Made by a program: the position numbers and the translations under genes. A stretch of DNA of 57,484 nucleotides, filler included, from Sluysia triapertura (Eukaryota), in NCBI GenBank assembly GCA_046118255.1. It is 4 parts of 4 records of this genome, joined end to end, with 100 filler letters (N's around TTAATTAATTAA, not from the genome) between each part and the next. Parts side by side here need not be neighbours in the genome. Positions count along the whole stretch, not along the records: positions 39,630 to 57,484 come from JBJNIA010184501.1; 3 more parts are not named here. The stretch is one strand, 5' to 3'. The notes beneath the pieces are model-generated. The model was not told the origin of the DNA. It made no database searches and saw only the letters and a program-made list of their open reading frames with translations. Shown piece by piece: positions 51,361-57,484 of the stretch (its first letter is position 1; each line of letters starts with the position of its first letter).

Positions 51361-54300
51361 TAATTATGATTGATTTTTATTAAATTTAATCTACTTAAAT
51401 AATTCTTATTTAAAATTAATTTTGAATTAATTTCAATATTCTCGCCACTACGACAAATTTTAAAACTACAACTAAAGAGAAAAGCTTTAATAAGTATAAA
51501 TATTCATTTGACTAATACACAGAAAATAGCCTACAATATCGAACAAGTTGCAATAACACTTAAACAATTAATTGTAAGTGTGCGCCTATTATAACTTCTA
51601 AATTGTAAGTTTTAGCATATATTCCTCTAATTATATAATGTTGTATTTACTTTCACACCTTCTATATGTTTTGTTTTCATTTTAATGAATATCCTTGTTT
51701 TCCTAATAGCAATACTAAAATTTTAATCTATGTATTTATTGATTGTGCTTCGCCATTTTACGTACTACTTGCATTATCTAATAATCCAATTCATGATGCA
51801 ATACCGGTTATTGAATTTTGATTTCACTTATTTAATTAGGTTCCGTATAATTTTGGATTGATTTAAATTTGAAGTTACTTAACACATTACGGATCACACA
51901 TTTTATTGCTAACCACACGTAGTAAACCAGGTACTTTTGCTTCAAATATTTTTAAATTAGTTATGATTTGTTCGTAGTTTAACAGAAACTTTAAAAATAC
52001 ATGATTTCTCACCTTTAATTCCACTCTAAATGACAACAATGAAAAAATGAGAATATCAAAAATATTATTCTTTTTTAGTCTTTAATTCAAAAATATTATT
52101 TAGAACTATTTCTTTCGACTTAATAAAATGTATTTTAAAATGTATTATTTATTTTAAAATGTATTATTGCGAATTTTGCAAATTATTTGTATCTGCCATT
52201 GTAAATAATTCGAATGAATAGTACAATAATAATAATGACAATGCGTATAATTATAATAAATCCATATATGTAAATCGATAAAGTACACGAAATAATGGCA
52301 AATATCTGAATATTTTAAATGTTATGCATGCAAGATAGAATTCTAGTGTTTAAAACATAGTGTCCGAAAAATTTAGTGCCGATACAATTTACAAAGAAAT
52401 TGGTCATTAGATAAAATTAACTAAAGAAAAATTATAAGCTATTGGCTAAAGTGTAACATCAAGGAAATACTATATAAGATACTTTTCACTGTAAAATCAC
52501 ATAGCAAAAAACTGTCAACTAATTTATAAGTATTTTGGATAACATTTATTGAACCGTTATTATTTATTGATGAGATTATCAATTCTTTTTTAAACTATCG
52601 GGCATTTAGATTACTTGATCAACTATCGCTTTATGATTTCATTTTGGACTATTTAGTTAACAACCCTTCGATACCTGGACATAATTATATTACTCCTATT
52701 ATATTGCAAATGGGAGTAATAATTTGTATATCTTAAACATTAATTTTTTAATTTAACTATTATTAAAATTAATGTTTTTTTAATGCATTGTGCGTTCTAA
52801 ACTAAAAATAAAATCTTGAATTGATATATGTATTAAGTACTTAATGTAAGAAAATAAGAAAAGAGACGCCAGCTTAGTTTAATGTAGTATTCTAAAATTC
52901 GAAAATTTTATTTCTATAACGAATGAAATCGGTTATAAATAGAAATGTAGATACAAATACAACATAATCTCTAGAAATTCAGGAAATTAACACATTTTGT
53001 TGAATTTTGCTTATAAGAATGCCTAGTTTTAATGCTAAATTCAAGATATTTGAAATTTTAACTTTCCATAACTTTATAAAAGATAAACATTATATAAAAT
53101 TGTATTTTTTAAACAATTAAATGCTGAAAATGTGTCCGTCACTGGTTTCTTCAACTTCCTTCAATATATAAAATGATTGATGTGATATCTTTTTGACAAT
53201 GCTGCTAATACACAGTTACTCTCTACTACAAGTATAAAACTTCTGGATCACACACAATAAGTATGTTAGAGCTGTTTCTTCGTTATACATAGTTTCTTAC
53301 AAACACCTCAGTAGATTTCATACTGCAATGAAAATAACTTGGTAAATAACTTACTAAAAGAGCACAAAAAGACTTTTCCTTTTATTCAAGCTCAAACAAA
53401 TACAACAATATAATAATAATAATTATTATTATTCAATATATTTTCCATTATATTAATGTGAACTTAAAATTTATATTGTCCAATAAACACGCTGTTTTCT
53501 ATATTTTTATTAATTGTAATTCGCATAAGAATTAACCTTAATTAAACGATGTGAAAAATAAATCATACGCACAATGATAATTATCATTATTGGTTTCGAC
53601 ACGCCTAAAATAATCAAATATTTAAAAATAGTATTATAATTTGCTACATATTTATGCAATATGTTTATCATGTCCAGTTGCGCTTATTTTGTAATTTTAT
53701 AAAAATGTTAAAAGATTCGTTAGTTTGTTTACAATTTTCCCACCTTAAAAATGCATACCTATTCATACAAATTTGTAATAAACCAGATATATAGTATTAA
53801 AAATATTAATTAAAAATCCCATGGTATTCACAAATTCCATTAATCAAGAATGACCTCATCTATATAAACACATCTCTTTCTTGATAAGCAAATCGTGTAA
53901 ATAAAAGCAAAGCATCAGAAAACTAATCCTATTATTTCTGAATGAATTAAATAAATTCTAGAATATAAACTGTATAAACGGCACTCAATTCGAAATTATT
54001 CTATCTCTTATTTTAGTAATTCAAAATAATTAATATTTAAATTAAAAGAGTATTTTTATTCATATTTCTCATTTTGTATTTTGTATTTATGAAACTTGGA
54101 AGAAAAATAAATGTAAAGGTTTACTACTCTGACAAATAATAGGAAAGCTGAGTTTTATTCTTCATAAGATGCTCGAACAATTCTTACGTTAATACTAAAT
54201 TAACATTTTTAAACATTGTATATGTAAAATTATCTGTTAACAATTAAATCTAAACAAGATTTAGCAGATACTGACATAATACATTATATAACTATAAGTT

Positions 54301-56100
54301 ATATACTTTCCTTTTATTTTTCTTATGAAATCTTCACCTAAATGTTCTTGTAAAACCTGAATATTGTAAATATTAAGACTGACTTTTTAATTTAGATTGT
54401 AGCCAACCCCAAACAAATTCTGTTAAGTTAGAAGTTATTAAAAAAGAAAAAGATACTTATAAATACAAAATCATGGCTTAAGCTTATTGGCGGTTGTAGT
54501 GATAATGGTTGAATTTCATATAAAACGCGATTTATGTAATTTGCCATCATTTGTCTTACTTATCACATTACATTCGTTGTATGGTAAAACCTGTCAAACT
54601 TTATAAGTTTGTATTTAATATTCTGAATAACAATTAACTTGTTTCAAATATTTTGCAAAATTTTTAGTTTTTTAAAAATTCGCAATTTAATGGTTCATTT
54701 TTTGTCAAATAAGATTCTTATCCATTTTAATATAAATAGATATTGGCAAAAGTGAAGAAAGTTCAAATATTTAATATCATGTTTCTATGAGAAAAATAAA
54801 TTATTATATCACTAGTATAGATTACGCAACATTTGCATGCATAACAAATTTTAGTGTTTAATTTCGAAAATGATGTTCTAATATAAATAATACAATTCAC
54901 GTATTGCGGTCAAAAACTGAAATATCATTATCAAAATCCTCAAAAAGAGAAATAAAAATCATTGAAATATTAATTTAATGACAGTATCTGTAAAATAACC
55001 TTGCGCGTCTTATGATCAATATGTACATGTAAATCAATCAAACACATTATCAAAATACCTTAATAGGTGAAATAATTTATATGCGAAAATAAAGATATGT
55101 GAAGATAATATTTCTCGAAAAACTTAACGAAATGTTTCAAAATTATAACGCGATTGGATAAAAAAATATTCTGTAAGAAGTTTTTAAAAAAATAGCTAAA
55201 GTACATTATAAACATTCAAGTACTAATTTTCTTATGCGTAGTTTATACATATTTGAATACTTAAAAAATACTACATAATTTTTTGTTTAATTCTAACATC
55301 AGAATAGGAACCATTAATCATTTTTAATATTAATTGATGTGTTTCAGTAACGAATTTTCTACACAAACAGTAACATTAATTAAAGGACACCTGAAAATTT
55401 GCTAAATTTATTTACATAAAACTAAATTCAAAGTTCCTTGCATTACTGATATTAAATAAGATTTTTTTAATCCAATATTTAATCACGCAAAACTTTGACT
55501 ATCATACTTTGTATAGCGGAATAAAGTTAAAAGTTCAAATTACTGGATTTTTTAAACCGCTCTGTTTCAATATCCTAATATAATTTTGCACGTTAACATT
55601 ATTAACGTTTCGCTCATTATTATTGTTGTTTTCAAATAATAAATGATGAAATATATATATTTAATGTTTAACTATTTAACTTAAATAGTTAAATACAAAC
55701 GAAAAAAACTAAATCAAAATTTAAAACATTTTCATTTTTTACAAAAACTATCGCGCGATTTATTGTCAAAATTCATCATTTAATAAAATCTAGAATCAGT
55801 CCATTGATCAGTTCAATTTAAATATAAAACAATCGTGACACATTTTAAAAATTAAGAATTTTTCGCTGAAATCATAAAAATAATAAAGCATTGTTGGTGT
55901 TGGAATATAAAAAAACAAATATCACATCTTAAAATTATGCTTAATATAACGTAAAATAGACATTAAAAATAGTTTATCAGATGTTACATAGTACATAAAT
56001 AGATTTTAGTTAGTAATCGTCTACGAATTTGAACCACATAATGAAAAAAATTATTTTAAACAAGAAAAATAACGAATATGGTAATTATTATTATCAAAAA

Positions 56101-56169
56101 AAGTCAACTTTCAAAACTACTGACTCATCAATTATTATAGACATTATAAATAATCGAAATTCATTTCCA

Positions 56170-56200
<31 letters not shown>

Positions 56201-56285
56201 GCCTTAATTTAGAAACGTCAACTTTTAAAACTAATGACTCATCAATTATAATAGACATACTATATAATAGAAATCCCTTCCACCA

Positions 56286-56318
<33 letters not shown>
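56101..56318 (+). repeat. Tandem duplication (~114-bp unit) with (AAT)n tails
   Basis: gtcaactttcaaaactactgactcatcaattattatagacat... is repeated at about 56103 and 56217; each unit ends in (AAT)n. Confidence 0.85.
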
Positions 56319-56319
<1 letters not shown>

Positions 56320-56699
56320 GATTAAGTAATGTAGTAATTGAAAATATTCAATATTTTAATTATGTATATTATAACATACAAACAAGAAATACAGTTAAAA
56401 GAAAATATCCAATAATTTAAATAATTGTTTGATTTTATTATACAGAGTTATTTTATTTAAATAAAACATTTCATTGTTTTGCAAATAAAATAATATCAAA
56501 ATGGCATAAGTTACATTTCCATCAATTTTTCAATATACAGTACAAATAGGTAAGAATACAACTTATATCACATTAATATCATTATACAATATAAGGTTAA
56601 TCCAAGGTGGACTGTGCCAAAAACCTTTGGATTAACTGAAAATTTACAAAAAACTATCCATATAAAACAATCTACTTTGCATTAAACAAATTTTCTGAA

Positions 56700-57290
56700 T
56701 AAAAGTTCTTGGCTACAAAATAATCATCCCAATTGGAAAATAAAAACAGGCTACTGGATCTTGCTTTTCTTTGTGACAGTTGAATAAGTTAAATTTAAAA
56801 CTTCAGAGTAAACATAAAGAAAAGTTGTCCATGCTTTCAAATTAATACGGTGATTTGAAACATTTCAAGATGTAGAAATCTTATCACTTAAATCCAAACT
56901 GTTTAAAATAAATATGTCAATCAGGTCATGTTTTAAAGATTTTTCTAAAATTAAAAAACTTGCTTCCTTCATATAATTCCCATAATTCTATCAATACAGA
57001 AAAGATCGCTATGATAATTAATTAGCATTAAAAAGTAATATATTCATTAAATCAAGAGCTGACAGTAATTTTGTAATTTACTTTCGCAAAAATATCCAAA
57101 TTTTCGAAGAGTTGCAGGTTACCTCTCTGCATTTTTTGGATTCACCTTTGCGAATCATTGAATGCAATTATTAAAATAAAGCATCGATCTTGTTTAAGAA
57201 TGATCACTTAACATCATGCTTGAGAATCGCAATAAGTCAAAATATGAAGAACTTGGTGCAAACATGCAATACCAAGTATCAAGTGCATAT
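56700..57290 (+). mobile_element. hAT (Buster/SPIN, GTF2IRD2-like) transposase C-terminal relic
   Basis: HPQLENKNRLLDLAFLCD-LNKLNLKLQSK and FFG..LCES...IIK.KHRS.L.NDHLTSCLRIAIS...MQYQVS, matching 'WL.DLAFL.D...LN.LNL.LQGK' and the hAT dimerization motif 'FGSTYLCE..FS....K.K.RS.L...HL...LR'. Confidence 0.85.
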
Positions 57291-57484
57291 AGCAATGATT
57301 AAGAATTTTTAATTTTATGTAATATGTTAATTTCAGTTTTGCTTTATTTTACTTATATATTACAAATTTAGTTTGTTTTTAAATAAAATAGATTACAGTT
57401 GAAAGCTCTCTTTTGATATTTAAACTAATTCTGGTAAATCATTAGTATTAATCTAGTCAAAAGTCACCCATGAAACTTAAAGTT

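Noticed and set aside
48089-57484. Search for upstream PAK exons (CRIB motif ISxPxxFxHxxHVG)
   Set aside because: None recognised by eye; they probably lie beyond the window.
1-57484. CRISPR arrays, operons or prokaryotic defence systems
   Set aside because: No regularly spaced repeat-spacer array or dense prokaryotic ORFs; the spliced genes show this is eukaryotic DNA.

Overview
A very AT-rich, transposon-littered animal (eukaryotic) scaffold, made of four contigs joined by three artificial 100-nt gaps (44 N + TTAATTAATTAA + 44 N). Two spliced host genes can be read. One is the last two exons of ORC1 (C-terminal winged-helix domain, + strand, 21171-21334 and 24591-24748). The other is three in-phase exons of a group I p21-activated kinase (PAK, - strand, 47517-48088, 46442-46867, 41961-42285). 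At about 14.2-15.85 kb lies a decayed ~1.6-kb pseudogene in which a Kunitz/BPTI-like module runs into a DC-STAMP-family (DCST1/2, Sneaky/SPE-42-like) sequence; this is the most unusual item. The rest is decayed mobile DNA: mariner, Tc3-like and rosa-like Tc1/mariner relics, piggyBac and hAT fragments, several structurally complete MITEs (including 61-bp and 72-bp ones), a Ty3/Gypsy pol relic, L2-clade and other LINE fragments, microsatellites and short tandem duplications. Most short ORFs in the supplied track are spurious or are off-frame/antisense reads of these relics. I found no rRNA, tRNA or CRISPR, and no convincing intact novel multi-gene system. All homology calls are by-eye motif recognition, not database searches, and relic boundaries are approximate.
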